Of a stretch of 64,000 nt of DNA, positions 52,601-64,000 are shown piece after piece. Under the pieces are notes generated by a model. The model was not told where the DNA came from and searched no databases. It was given only the letters and a program-made list of their open reading frames with translations. The stretch spans positions 696,405 to 760,404 of the forward strand of contig NW_003314265.1 of assembly GCF_000143415.4 (NCBI RefSeq). The letters run 5' to 3'. Numbering within the stretch: the stretch's first letter is position 1; every line of letters starts with the position of its first letter. A program made the position numbers and the translations under genes. Source of the stretch: Selaginella moellendorffii (lineage: Eukaryota; Plantae; Lycopodiophyta).

Positions 52601-54706
52601 TTTGGCATATCCTGATTACACTCGACCTTTTATTTTGCGCGTGGATGCTTATGACATTGGTCTTGGAGGTGTGTTGATGCAAGAGAGCTCGAGTGTGCCT
52701 GGTCAGCGCCATCCCATTGCATACATAAGCCGTACATTACAACCAGCAGAGATGAACTACTCCACGACGGAGAAGGAGTGTTTAGCAGCAGTCTGGGGTT
52801 TCGAAAAACTTCATGCATATCTACATGGTTCTCGGACGTTACTTGAAGGTGACCATGCTGCTGTTACTTCATTATTGAAGCGGAAGAACCTGGTTGGTCG
52901 TACGGCTCGATGGGCTTTGAAGCTTCAGATATATGATTTCGATGTTGTTCATCGCCCAGGGAGTTCTATGGCTGATGCTGATGCCCTTTCTCGAGCTCCT
53001 CTTCCTTCACCACTCCATTCTCATGTTTCTGACGAACCTGTTGTTCCAGCATCTGTGGATTTTCTAAATGAGGATTCTGTGCTGTCGGCAGTTGCTATCC
53101 TTGACGTTCAGTGTCCACAGGGCGTAGAGCAAGATCTACCTTCTCTGGATGAGGTTCGCGAGGCTCAAAAGATTGAGCTGTGGATTCGAAGGCTTCGAGA
53201 TGGGTTTGAGAATCCTGCATCACTTGCTGATGACTTGCCTTTTCGGCATTTACATTCTCAATATCGCCTTGAAGATGGCCTTCTTTCTTTTGTGGGGACG
53301 GATCCTGATGATCATTTACGGCTAGTGGTGCCTTCGGTGTTTATTCCGTGGTTTCTCTATGCCTACCATGATTCTCCTATTCTAGGTGGGCATATGGGAC
53401 ACCGTCGTGTCACCGAGAAGCTGCGCAGATCTTTCTATTGGCCAGAGATGCGACATGATATTATCCGGTATGTGCGTAGCTGCGTTTGGTGCCAAGCTCG
53501 TAATACTCCCCCTTGTGCTGCGGAAGGACGGTTGGAGTCAATTGCAGTTTCTTGTCCGTTTGAGTTGGTGGCGTTTGATCTTATGGGACCTTTTCTGCGA
53601 TTGACTGCTGGCAATGAGTATGTTATTATTGCTTCTGACTACTTGACTCGTTGGGTGGAAGTTGGTGCTCTTGCTAGTGCCTCTGCAACTGCTGTTGGAT
53701 ACTTCCTCCTCAATCGAGTGGTGTTCCAGCATTCTTGTCCAGAGCGGATTCTTTCGGATAATGGTCCTGCATTTATGGCTGAGGTATTTCATGTTTTGAC
53801 ATCTCGGTTGGGGATACGCCACACTTTTACGAGTGCTTATCATCCACAATCAGACGGTCTGGTGGAACGGCTCGTTCGGACATTCAAAGGGATGATTGCG
53901 AAGTATGTGAATTTTCAACATTCGGATTGGGATGGTTATTTGCCGTCTCTTCGGTATGCCTATGTCACAGGGGTGTAGAGTTCTGTTAGTGCTTCACCAT
54001 ATAAACTTCTATATGGTCATGATTCAATATTACCAACAGAGCTGGGTTTACCTTCGCGATTGCCACGAGCTCCTAATGCTAGGTCATGGGATCAATATTT
54101 GACAAGCATTCTTCCACTTGTCCGAGCAGAGTCTGCTAAACACTTAGGCCGCGTACAAGTGGGACAACAACGGCACTACAATTCCCATCATCGTCCACTT
54201 GCGGAGTATAAAGTGGATGATTTGGTGTTAGTCCGTTTTCCCCATCTTACGGTACGTGGTTTTTCTAAGGGGCTCCTTGCGCAGTGGAAAGGACCGTATC
54301 GGGTGTTGCGGCAAGTTGGACCACAAGTTTATGAGGTTCGGCATAACGTTCAGCAGGCCGATCCTCCGGAGATTGTGCATGTGCAGCGGTTAAAACGCTT
54401 CATACAAAGGGATCAGGAGCAGTTAATACCGTCTACAGATCCACCGATGCCTCCTCCTGACGTTCCTCCAGATCCCGGCCCATCTATAAGAGAACCCTGA
54501 CGGCCTTCCATTATTCCGAGAGGAAGGGATGATGTGAGGGCCAAGTGTACGGCTACGATGCCGTATACTAATATTAGCGTAGTGGATTTTGGTAGCCGTT
54601 GGATTGGTTTCAATCCGGACCACTCGCTCCTGTATATAAGCTAGGGTTTTTGGGCTAATTGATATGCACATTTCTGTATTCCCTTTCCATATTCCATGCA
54701 CTCACA
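49697..54706 (+). mobile_element. Full-length non-chromovirus Ty3/Gypsy retrotransposon with short LTRs, inactivated by nonsense mutations
   Basis: 174-bp LTRs at 49697-49870 and 54533-54706 (2 substitutions); 4-bp TSD GTTT; PBS TGGTGGAGGTGAGGGG (tRNA-Ala-like); PPT GAGAGGAAGGGATGA. gag 50104-51036 has CWACDEVGHTYRRC. pol has PR (VDTGSS), RT (FIDD), RNase H and integrase (HHCC, D-D-E, GPY) to 54500, with no chromodomain. Confidence 0.96.
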
Positions 54707-56135
54707 GTTTTGATTATATATTTTATATTTAATAAATAAATAATAATTTATTTTATATTTAGAAATATAGATTTAAACTGTAGTTCTCTATTTAGCACTA
54801 AACAGTTTAATCAATAAAATTAATAATAAAACTCTAGTGGAGTGAATGACAATTTACAGTTTTTCTAAATTATTTTCAACTAAAAAATATGAATTTTAAT
54901 CATGATATTTATATGAATATTTTTACATTATTTTAAATTTTCTTATCAAGAAATAAATCATCATCTTCTTTCATGTTCTACCAAGAATAAAATTAAAAGT
55001 TAAAATCTTATAAAGTTTACTTTATATTATTTTTGTTAAGAGTTGTGCTTACCACAATTCTTCTGTTCTAGGTAAATATAATGAGCTCACCCTTTTCTTT
55101 TATCATTACAACGAAGTAAGAGAGATAGAACAATACTCAATTGATTACTCGACAAAGCTTGGGCATGGTACCGGTGGAACAATGAGAGAGGGGATAAATC
55201 TTGACACTATGGAGAAAGTCATTATCAAAGAGATGGTAGAGCATGCATATGCATGGGATGAGGTGGACTTGGTTGTGCATGTAAATTTTGCTGACACATA
55301 TAAATCCTAACATTTTTGAGCCACTCAAGTTAGGTATATTCTATCATGTATGTATTAATCTTTTGGAACTGGACATTGATGCAATTTAGAGAGTCTTAGT
55401 AGTGTTACCTCATAGAGCTTATTATTAGAAAAAGAAAAAAATAATAAAATATTAAATAATCTAGTCCAACCCCAAGCTCATCCAAAAGTTTAATCTAGGT
55501 ATAGGTCCATGCTAATTGAAAATACTCATCTATATGCATACTAAATCTTGAGTTCAAATCCTATAAGCAATTGTTTAGGCTTTAGTTTTTTCAAAATAAA
55601 TAGTAGTGAATATGCTCCTTAATAAATACAAAGAGAGGCAAATATATACTTGTGAATTCTACAAATTTAATAGTTATTCATAAGACATTGATAGAGTATA
55701 AAATCCATTTTTTTTAGTGTATTCGGTGTTTGGGATCATAGGGAACAATGTTAGTTTCATAAGTTATGAATGGGTAATAAAGGATGAACATGACATTTAG
55801 GTGATATTTATTATAGTTTCATTTTGATATGCTTTTAATCATGGATTCACATGCTATTCATATGCATAAATTTGTAGCATATCTGAAAGAACACATAAAC
55901 ATAAACTTTACTTAAATAATAGACTAGTAAATTCATTGTTTACTTTGAATTTTTACAATAAATAAAATGCTAAATGATTTGAGAGCATTAAAGCAAAAGA
56001 TACTCAAGGAAGTGGATCAAGTTAATGAATTAGAAATTAATTTTACTACTAATGAATAAAATAAAAAATAAATAAAAAATAAAAATAAAAATAAAAAATA
56101 AATAAATAAATAAATAAATAAATAAAAATAAAAAA

Positions 56136-56208
56136 TGGCCCCAGCGAGGTTCGAACTCGCGGCCTTCTGCGTGTAAAGCAGACGTGATAACCACTACACC
56201 ATGGGACC
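56136..56208 (-). tRNA. tRNA-Val (anticodon UAC)
   Basis: GGTCCCATGGTGTAGTGGTTATCACGTCTGCTTTACACGCAGAAGGCCGCGAGTTCGAACCTCGCTGGGGCCA folds as a cloverleaf and is followed by an oligo-T terminator. Confidence 0.96.
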
Positions 56209-56294
56209 AGCTCGCTTAAAGTCTGGGTTCCGGTAGATCTTTTCCTGTATTCTCTTTAGGTACATTTTGGAAAGAATGCAGTGTGTGTGTGATT

Positions 56295-58311
56295 CTAGGC
56301 GCTCTTGATCGGCAACGCATTTCCCCGGATAAAGGACCGAAAGAGCAGCAAGGCGCGCTCCGGCTGGGCATAGGGAACCATATGGGCCGCTCCTCGTATT
56401 GTCGCGTATGTCAAGTTGCCATAGCTTTGAGTCCATCCAGCTACCTGCAAGGGAATTTTTCAGTTTCTGCTCCTCTTTCCTTTTCTTTCATCGATCTCTA
56501 TGGTTTTTTATACCTGACCACCTTGGTACCATGCCGTGTATGGTTGTGTGGTTTGCATTCCCAGCGATTTTGCCAGGCCTCCAATGAGTGATCTCGTCCC
56601 TGTCAAAGGGACTACGGAGTCCTGGTCTCCACTGTTACAAAGCACACGCGGTAAGCTTCAAACTCTTTCGTTTTCTGAATGGGAAGAACTTTTTGAGCTC
56701 CACTTGCGTACCTGAAGATCCAAACGCGGAGTCCCGCTTTGAGGATGTCTCCAAGAAGAGGTACCATGTTTGTGCTTCCGTCTTGCATTGCGTAGTCCAC
56801 AGGCCTGTTTCACGGGAAATGGCAAAAGTCTTTTCGTTAAGTTTCGAAACTTTGGTAGCGTTGTTCTTTTGATTACCCTGTGCACATACTCCACGAGTAT
56901 GAAAGTCCAGTTGTGTTCGCGTGGAGTTCTCTTTGCACCTCTGGAAGGTTGAAGTAGACGTCCCTCTCCTTGTCGATGCATATGTCCACTCCATAGCTTT
57001 TCTGAGCCATCTGTTTCCACGGTTCTTTCATCGTTTTAGGAGGAACAGAGAGGCTTTTACCTGTTGCTTGAGCCTCACTTCCTGCAAGAAGATTGATGGA
57101 AGGCAGACGTCGAGTATGACGTCGTAATTGTTGATGAATCTTCCAACTTCGGTGTTGGACTGGAGGATGCCGTCGTTGCATGCGTTGGAAACGTTGTGGT
57201 CCGCGAGCCCGAGCTCATAGTCTTCGAATTTGCAGGAGTTGGAAAGCGCCTGGAATGTTTCGTCCGAGATGAGCCCGTGCGACCAAAAGTACTCGTACAT
57301 CGCTGATGTATCCACGGCCAAGTTGAGGAGCGGATTGCCAATCTGCTCCAGTCGACTCAACCGTCAAGGTCAGCTCGTGCCTATCTAGATTCACTAACTT
57401 ACGGCCACTCCTTTCAATCTGAAAGCGTAGTTTCCAGGGACTTGGCTGTGCTTGATGATCAACTCGGCCAGCTGAGGAACGTAGTGCCCTGTATCAACCA
57501 GGAAACTGAGAGCTCTTGTAAGAACGCTCGTCGGAAATGGGCGAAAGCTTTGGACCTGCGTAGCTCTCGCCGGTGATGTAGAAATCTCTCGTCTGGTACT
57601 CGGGAAACTTGTCCATCCAACCGAGAAGAAAATTTAGCGTGTCCACGGCTGCAACCACGAGGTAAGTTTCTGATGTTCTAAGTAGCTCTAGTTACCTGTT
57701 ATCCTGTCCGTGACTTGCTCATAGTCGGAACTTTTGTTGGAATAGGACCAGCCGACTCCAGCAGGCGCTTCGAGGAAGAGCATATTGGACACTGGATCGA
57801 AGAAAGAGGGGTTAAAGCACCGATCGAAAATGCAGGTTTGCACCTTTGTTCCACGCTTGTCGATTTACTAACAGCCCTTGTCCAGAAGCATTGGGATAGA
57901 AGGGTCCAAGCTCCGTAAATGCTCCTCCACCAATCGAGGAACAACCAGGCCCTGCCGATCGAGTAAGAACCAGAGTTAAACTTCTCTCAGTCGAGACTTG
58001 AGACAAGACAATGCTGTTTTTCTTTCTTTTTTGTTCCAGAATCGATGCAGAAGAAACTCTAGACAGGCATGGTTACCTCCATTTAGCCAGAGGGTCAAAG
58101 GCTGCGAGCTGGCTCTCGTTTCGGCCTCTGCGAAGTAGTAGAACAAGGCACGGCCGGCGTTCTTGTCAACAGTCACGTAACCGGCGTACTGCTTAAACGA
58201 AACGTGCGGCTGCCCGGGCAATCTCGACACTAATTCACTCTCGGGTGCGCCTTTCACCTGGACAAGCACAAGCAGCGCTATCACGAGCAGGAGCAGCACA
58301 AGGCGGCTCAT
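56295..58311 (-). CDS. Serine carboxypeptidase-like protein (peptidase S10, clade II), multi-exon
   Basis: Signal peptide; [14 protein letters not shown]; LWLNGGPGCSS; GESYAGHYVP (catalytic Ser); GDQD; RGAAHMVP (catalytic His). Confidence 0.95.
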
Positions 58312-59779
58312 CACAAAGATCCTTCTCGTGCTCGGCCGCCACTCATTCACTCACTGCTGCTGGCGGCTCACGGACGGGATTCAGGAAAACAAGAGAGAGA
58401 GAGAGAGAGAGAGCAGAAACTGGGGGAAGAAGAAGCACGAGTTTTAGCAGGGAACAGTGGTGGTGACATGGAGGGGTGGTGCTGGCTTGATCATGCTCGG
58501 AATTGCGTGCTGGCTGTCAAGACATGTGATGGAGCGACAGACCCGGAGACGAAGTTGGATCGCCGGGAGGTGAGATGCGAACAAGACGACGATGGCGAAG
58601 ACGAGGAGAGGACGTTCCATCTTGACATGATATGCGAAGAACGAGGTAGGGAGCAGGATCGAACAAGTCAAGACGAGCAGCAACTTCTGGAAAACAAAAT
58701 GGAGGGGAATAACAAGGCAGGGGTCAAGGAGGTGCGACTTGCGTACACACACATATATTGTCTTGTCGTCCCGACGAGCGAGAACAGTAATGCAAATATC
58801 AGAGCAGAAAGAAGAAAAAGAGTGGGAGCTCCACTGTGGTTTGAAAGCGCGGTCCAGGCTGAAAAGACACACTCTCTCTCTTGCTGGTGAGTGAGATCTC
58901 AATACATCCTCTCTTTTTTCCTTTGCTGCTCGTAATCGTCATGGTTGTTTTTTTGTTTTTTTGTTTTTTTTTCCCTTGTGTGTGCGCGTCTAACTTGCGC
59001 TTCATTCGAGCTGTGCGACGATCCAATCCTTGGACCAGGTAAGCGAGGCTCTGTTTTCTAATCGCAGTCTCTTGTTGAGCTTTCTTTTTGTAAGGCATCA
59101 CGGCACACAGCGCATGGGACGTAATTTAATAGCGCACAGAAGTGCAAGCAGTGGCTCGCGGAATAAAAATATGTAGGCGAAGCTGTTACGGGAGCAGCAG
59201 ACACGCACACAGAGGTTTGCTCAGTTTTATTAAACCAGCGTACTTAGTTTTTGTTTGCGAGGTAAGCTGTCTTGCTCGTTCGTGAACATGGAAAAACGCT
59301 AACTGGAGAGACGCTTACAGTAAGTAGCTCTGCGTCTTTCTTCGATCGATTGCAGCGCAGCAGGCAACACCAAACATGATATGTTTCGTCCCAGGGTGGA
59401 CAAAGCCAAGCGTCCTGGAATCGGAATTCAATAGCGCCTGAAGAATTATGGCCTTTGTCACTGTAAGAAGCAGCACTCGTTACCAGGAGGCAAGCCAGCC
59501 AGATACAGCGGAGAGCACCGACTGATAAAATCTTTTGGCCTGCACAGTGCACACAACTCAGCTACTTATGGCCGCTATTCGCAACAAAGTGCTCAACCCG
59601 AAAGAGAAAAAAAGGGGAAAAAGAGACGACGAAAAGAAACATATCTCCTCGCTCGGGGTGAGTTTTTCATGATATATATATATGCTCTTTTCTTCCTCGT
59701 TGTTTATTCGGCCTCTGTCATGTAGCTCGCCTGCTTGATCCTGCTCGTCGTCTCGTTCGGCTGTCAAATTTGGTTTTCA

Positions 59780-60679
59780 GATCCGTGGGCCTTCCCTGTT
59801 CCTCCAGGACTGGAAGTACTCCCTCCTCCTTGTCAAGGTATGGCACCTTAGATTTCTGCTATCATTCCAGGCATACAGGCTCTGATATGCCAAATCATCG
59901 TACCGCTTTGCCTGGAGTTCTATATTCTCTCCTCCGACCTTTTGGTCTCATAATAAGTGCTTGGAAACAAAGCTTTGCATGGGTGACTGCTCCTTGCTGC
60001 CTCCTTCTAGAGAGAACAAAAAGCCTTAGAAAAACAAAAGGAAAAAAGCAATGGCTTCTAACTCTACCTTTGTGTTTGCATTTGCAGGCGGAGATGCTCT
60101 GGTTCCCCCCCAGTGATTATTCTAAGCGACTCTCCTCGGCTTTCGAGGAGGTGGACGTATTCGCTTGGCATGCGTGTAAGGGGTGGGTGAGTGAGCAATT
60201 ATCTTTTAACGCTTGCTAGAGCTTTGCGCGAAGGCATGCGTACTTTGGGCTTTTCTAATAAGTGTGCCACATCCATCTTCTAGCAAAATCTATCGCTGCG
60301 AAGTGACCCCTTTGGGTGATGCAAGCAATGCGAGGGGGGACTAAACTACTTTGGGTTTGCCCGGCTCGCATTGTCAATCGCCCAGGAATATTTGGTTCTC
60401 GAGCTTTTGCTCCAAGTCAAAGGTGCGCTGTGCGTTTTATATCTTTGTTTCGCGTTACTAGAGACTCGTGGTCAGATCGATGCCAGACTCTCTTTCGTTT
60501 ACTTGGAAGAAGTCCTCCATTTCTTTGCAAAGATGAGAAGATGGGCAGATTACTTGGAAGAATTCTGTGATCTCAAGTATATGGAGGAACAGTGGAAAAA
60601 AGTTGGCGAGCTTGCTAGTCTTGCGAGCTCTGGGGCCAATCCCGCGACGGAGCGCCAGGAAAATGGTGTGGCGTCATGA
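59780..60679 (+). CDS. Possible multi-exon gene of unknown function; boundaries uncertain
   Basis: Coding-like segments bounded by GT/AG (EMLWFPPSDYSKRL...; MRRWADYLEEFCDLKYMEEQWKKV...); no recognised domain. Confidence 0.3.
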
Positions 60680-61308
60680 AAGGGTGCTCGGCCAGGTCGC
60701 CGGACAAGCTCTGGTGGTGGCGATGGCGAAGAGCGTGAGGATGATCCTCGTGGTGGGTGTCGAAGTGATGGACGCGCCGGGGATGATGATCGCTCGTGGA
60801 TCCCGGATAGATCTCAAACTGCTGCTGCGCATAGCTGCCGCTATCCAGATTCAATCGCAGCCCAAATTCGTCCTCGTAAGGAGTGCGAGGCGCCAAAGAT
60901 TGCTGCCTAGAGCGCTTGAGGCGAGACGAGGATGGAGGAGGCGATGGCGATGACCTCTCGGGGATCTTCTCCTCCTCGGGAGGGAGATCGTGGTCCTGGC
61001 CGCTGCTGCTACTGCTGTTCTTGTCGGCGGCGAGGCAGGCAACGATCTCGTCCTGCCACATTGTCGACAGCAGCGCGACCGTCATGTCGTCGTCCTCGTC
61101 CTCCTGCCGCCGCAGCGCCGCCAGCCGGCTATGGAGGAAGGAGCTCGAATCGCTGCCCAGGAGCGCTTGATCGTCCTCGTAGGGAAACAAGAGCTCTGGA
61201 TCCAAGAAATGTAGGCGCTAAGGCAATCCAAATGTGGGCGAGCGACTCACCTTTGCAGAGCCCCACCGACGCCGATGCCATCACCGCGTACGCCGCCAGG
61301 TTCTCCAT
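60615..61308 (-). CDS. Unknown protein with acidic and His-rich low-complexity regions (2 exons)
   Basis: ATG at 61308; a phase-1 GTGAGT...CAG intron joins MENLAAYAVMASASVGLCK-E-LLFPYEDD in frame with ORF 60615-61205. Confidence 0.6.
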
Positions 61309-61528
61309 CGCTCCTCTCCCCTGTTTTTAGGGTTCTTGAGATAATTGGGGTTGTAATACTTTTATTTAAATAGTGTGGAGATTATAATGCAGTTAACTTG
61401 ATGGGTTGTCACGTCCCAGTCATACCAATGAAGTTTGCCATTTTATTTTTATTTTTATGTTTTTCTAAAACGTGATAAAAGATTTTGATCGACGCACAAT
61501 TTTACACGAATGGCTTGAGCATCGATGC

Positions 61529-62729
61529 TTAGCTATCTACAAGGCTTAGCATCTTCTCCGCTAGCGATTTGAGCGACCTCTTTTTCCTCTCTGGATCGGC
61601 AAAGGCAGGCTCGAGGTTGGAGTAAACGTCCCAGAGAATGACGCAGCACTCGGTGCCCATCCACTCCTTGAGTTGATCTTGCAGCGCCTCCGTCTTGGGG
61701 AGTATGTCTCCCACGAGCAGCAACAAGAACTCGGCGCATTTCGTCCTGGAACAGCCAAGAAATTGTTGCGTTTTAGGAAGGAGAGGAAGCTTTTCGATCA
61801 CCTGAGTGCGACGTCGACATGGCGATTCTTTAGCGAGTCGCAGATCTTTGAAACACCTCGGTAGTATTCGAATTCCTGCGAACCAAGAGAGTGTTTGCGT
61901 GCCAATCTTAGAGAAGAACGTACTTTTTGATTGGCAGGAGAATCCAGCAACAGTGCCAAGAGCGCGTCCAGGCAAGCCGTGCGCTCCGGGATCCCAGTCG
62001 CCGATAGCAGATCAAGCAGCTCCTGGAACAAGAAAAGGAGCTCTTCTTGACAGGTAAAGTTGGTGCTTTTCATCGCTCACCTTGACGGCCATGTGGTGAG
62101 CCGCGGCCGCTTTGCTCGAGTTGTCGACGAGGCAGCATCCCTCAAGAACGCGAAGAGCGAGGACGATCTCCGCAGGGGTGGGAGGATTCGAGACTTCTGC
62201 CGCTTCTTCCGAGGAGTTAAACACCGGTGGCGCGCTCGCTGGTGATTTTTGCGGTGCCAATGTGTGCTTGAACAACGCCGGTATCACTACACCAAAGATC
62301 ACAAAAGAATCTTAGAACTTTCGCTCATGAGATCGTTGATCCACGCAAGCAAACAACGATTCTAGGAAAGGAAAGAAATTCATAGCATCCACCAACCAGA
62401 GCAATCGAATTTACTCCAAACACATTCTCACCTTGGAGTTCTTGATAGCTCTGGCTCTCCCGGAAGAGCTCCACACCCCTCTCGGACGCAGCGGCGAGCA
62501 TCAGGAATGCGAGCAGACGGCGAAGGCCCTTGACCCTGGCGAAGGAGAAATTGGCCTTCACATCACGCAGCGCCTCGCGCAGCCGCAGCGCAACCTCGCG
62601 CCGCTGACGCTGCGCCACCAGCGATTCCACCAGCTCCGCCACCACATTGCACGCCGATTGCTGCGGCGAGGAGGTGGATGCCGAGGCAGCAGCAAACTCC
62701 TCGGCCCAGCCTGGGCGACAGAGAAACAT
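61529..62729 (-). CDS. Cdc14 (fission-yeast SIN component)-like ARM-repeat protein, multi-exon; not the phosphatase
   Basis: KGLRRLLAFL...LFRESQSYQELQ, PPTPAEIVLALRVLEGCCL, ACLDALLALLLDSPANQ and KCAEFLLLL match the plant family as I recall it. Confidence 0.8.
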
Positions 62730-62816
62730 CAAAGAACCCTAATCTCGTCATTTGGGGAAAAAAGCCCAAGAACCCTAATCTCATTGTCGTCCGTACAAAA
62801 ATATTCACACGCTTCT

Positions 62817-64000
62817 TTAGTGCTGTTTGTTCCTGGGGATTCGTAAATCCGTCTCTGGCCGTCTGCAAATCTTTTTAAGTGGCACAACTTCCTGCGAGAA
62901 AAAAAGAAAAGAAAATTCCGATGATTGTAAATGAGAGCTTAGACTGATGTTACCTCTGATTGATCGTGATCATAGCGGACCCAAAATCGACACCGGCAGC
63001 CTCTTAAGTCGTGCCTCCGTCTCTGGATGTCCAGAACCGTGGCATCGTAGTACAAGGCTTGCTCGTTTCCTTCCTGTTGAGAAACGAAGAAGTTAACAAA
63101 GAAAACAAAGTTTTGCATTTCCTCTACCTGGAAGCATAAGATGAGATCTCCCGGAAGGACAACCATGCACTCCACAACGTCACACGGCATAGAGCGCTGC
63201 CGGACTGATGTCTTCACGTCCACCCATTCGTCTTCCTCGGATCCAAACCCAACAAAACGAACACGGACCTCCTGAGAAGTTGGATCAATCAGTACAAACA
63301 AAATGTGGAGCAAAAGAGTAAAACTTTCTGCCTTACGTGCTCAGAGGCTTCTATACGATGTGCCAGAAACAATGATACATCATACCTGGAAGAGGTCTTA
63401 GTAACGGAGTTTATAAACTCATACATTCTTACCAGGCACCGTCACGAGAAGATTTGGCTTCGAAGTCCATCTCTTTCTCGACTTCTGTGAGATCCCGACG
63501 TGTAAGAAGCGGGATGGAAGAGAACTTAAAACAAACCTGGCGGCGGAGCGTACATGTATTGCATGGGACTTGCGGCGTTCGCCAAAGGCGAGGGAGTAAA
63601 GCCTCTACCGCTGTCTTGGTGCTGCTGTTGCTGCTGCATTTGGAGGATTTTCTTCGCCTTTTGCGAGTGCCTCCTGTTCTGGAACCAATTCAAGACCTGG
63701 AAAAGAAGCACAAATAAGGTGAGGAGCATTATCAGAAGAGGCCAAACTTTGAGGACTATTTGTATACACGAGAAGAGAAACAGAAAAAGCGTCTAGCCGG
63801 ACGAACCTGTTTCCCTGTTATTGGAAGTTGCCCAGCCCGTTCTGGAGTATTGCTGAGAGAAAAAACGAAAGAAAAGAACGAAGAATTCAGTGAAGGTAAA
63901 ACGATGTCAAACTTTGAGGAAACACGTACGTGAAAGCCTCCGCGAGGTCGTCACATTCCGGCCTTGGCAACGCTATGTTGTTGTTAGCTTCCAGCGCCCT
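62817..64000 (-). CDS. SHH2: SAWADEE HOMEODOMAIN HOMOLOG (SHH2-like); 5' end lies outside the window
   Basis: Homeodomain VLNWFQNRR; SAWADEE domain [14 protein letters not shown]...[14 protein letters not shown]...VRQRSMPC...[28 protein letters not shown]. Confidence 0.9.

Noticed and set aside
58444-58902. Opposing 140-152 aa ORFs upstream of the SCPL gene
   Set aside because: No recognisable domain or convincing gene structure; they could be UTR or promoter sequence.

Overview
Nuclear DNA of a land plant with flagellated sperm and very short (about 50-60 bp) introns, most consistent with a lycophyte such as Selaginella (inferred from IFT46 alongside MinE and an organellar DNA polymerase). 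Positions 1-37.7 kb are a nest of transposable elements. A decayed chromovirus (Gypsy) is interrupted by a 5S-rRNA-bearing Cassandra TRIM and a solo LTR. A 19.3-kb DNA transposon with perfect 24-bp terminal inverted repeats (9001-28309; about 11.7 kb without a nested non-coding LTR element) encodes a Sola-like (GHTHEDxD) transposase and a divergently transcribed cargo gene with ParB-like and FCP1/NIF-type HAD domains. About 20 copies of one 22-bp palindrome are spread through this transposon, and this element is the best candidate for an undescribed system. Positions 38.7-64 kb are gene-dense: MinE head-to-head with organellar DNA Pol I, IFT46, a BCAT-like pseudogene, an orphan ORF, a short-LTR Gypsy element with a 4-bp TSD and a mutated -1 frameshift signal, tRNA-Val(UAC), a serine carboxypeptidase-like gene, two unknown genes, a Cdc14(SIN)-like gene and a SAWADEE homeodomain gene. 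All domain calls come from motifs recognised by eye; no searches were run.
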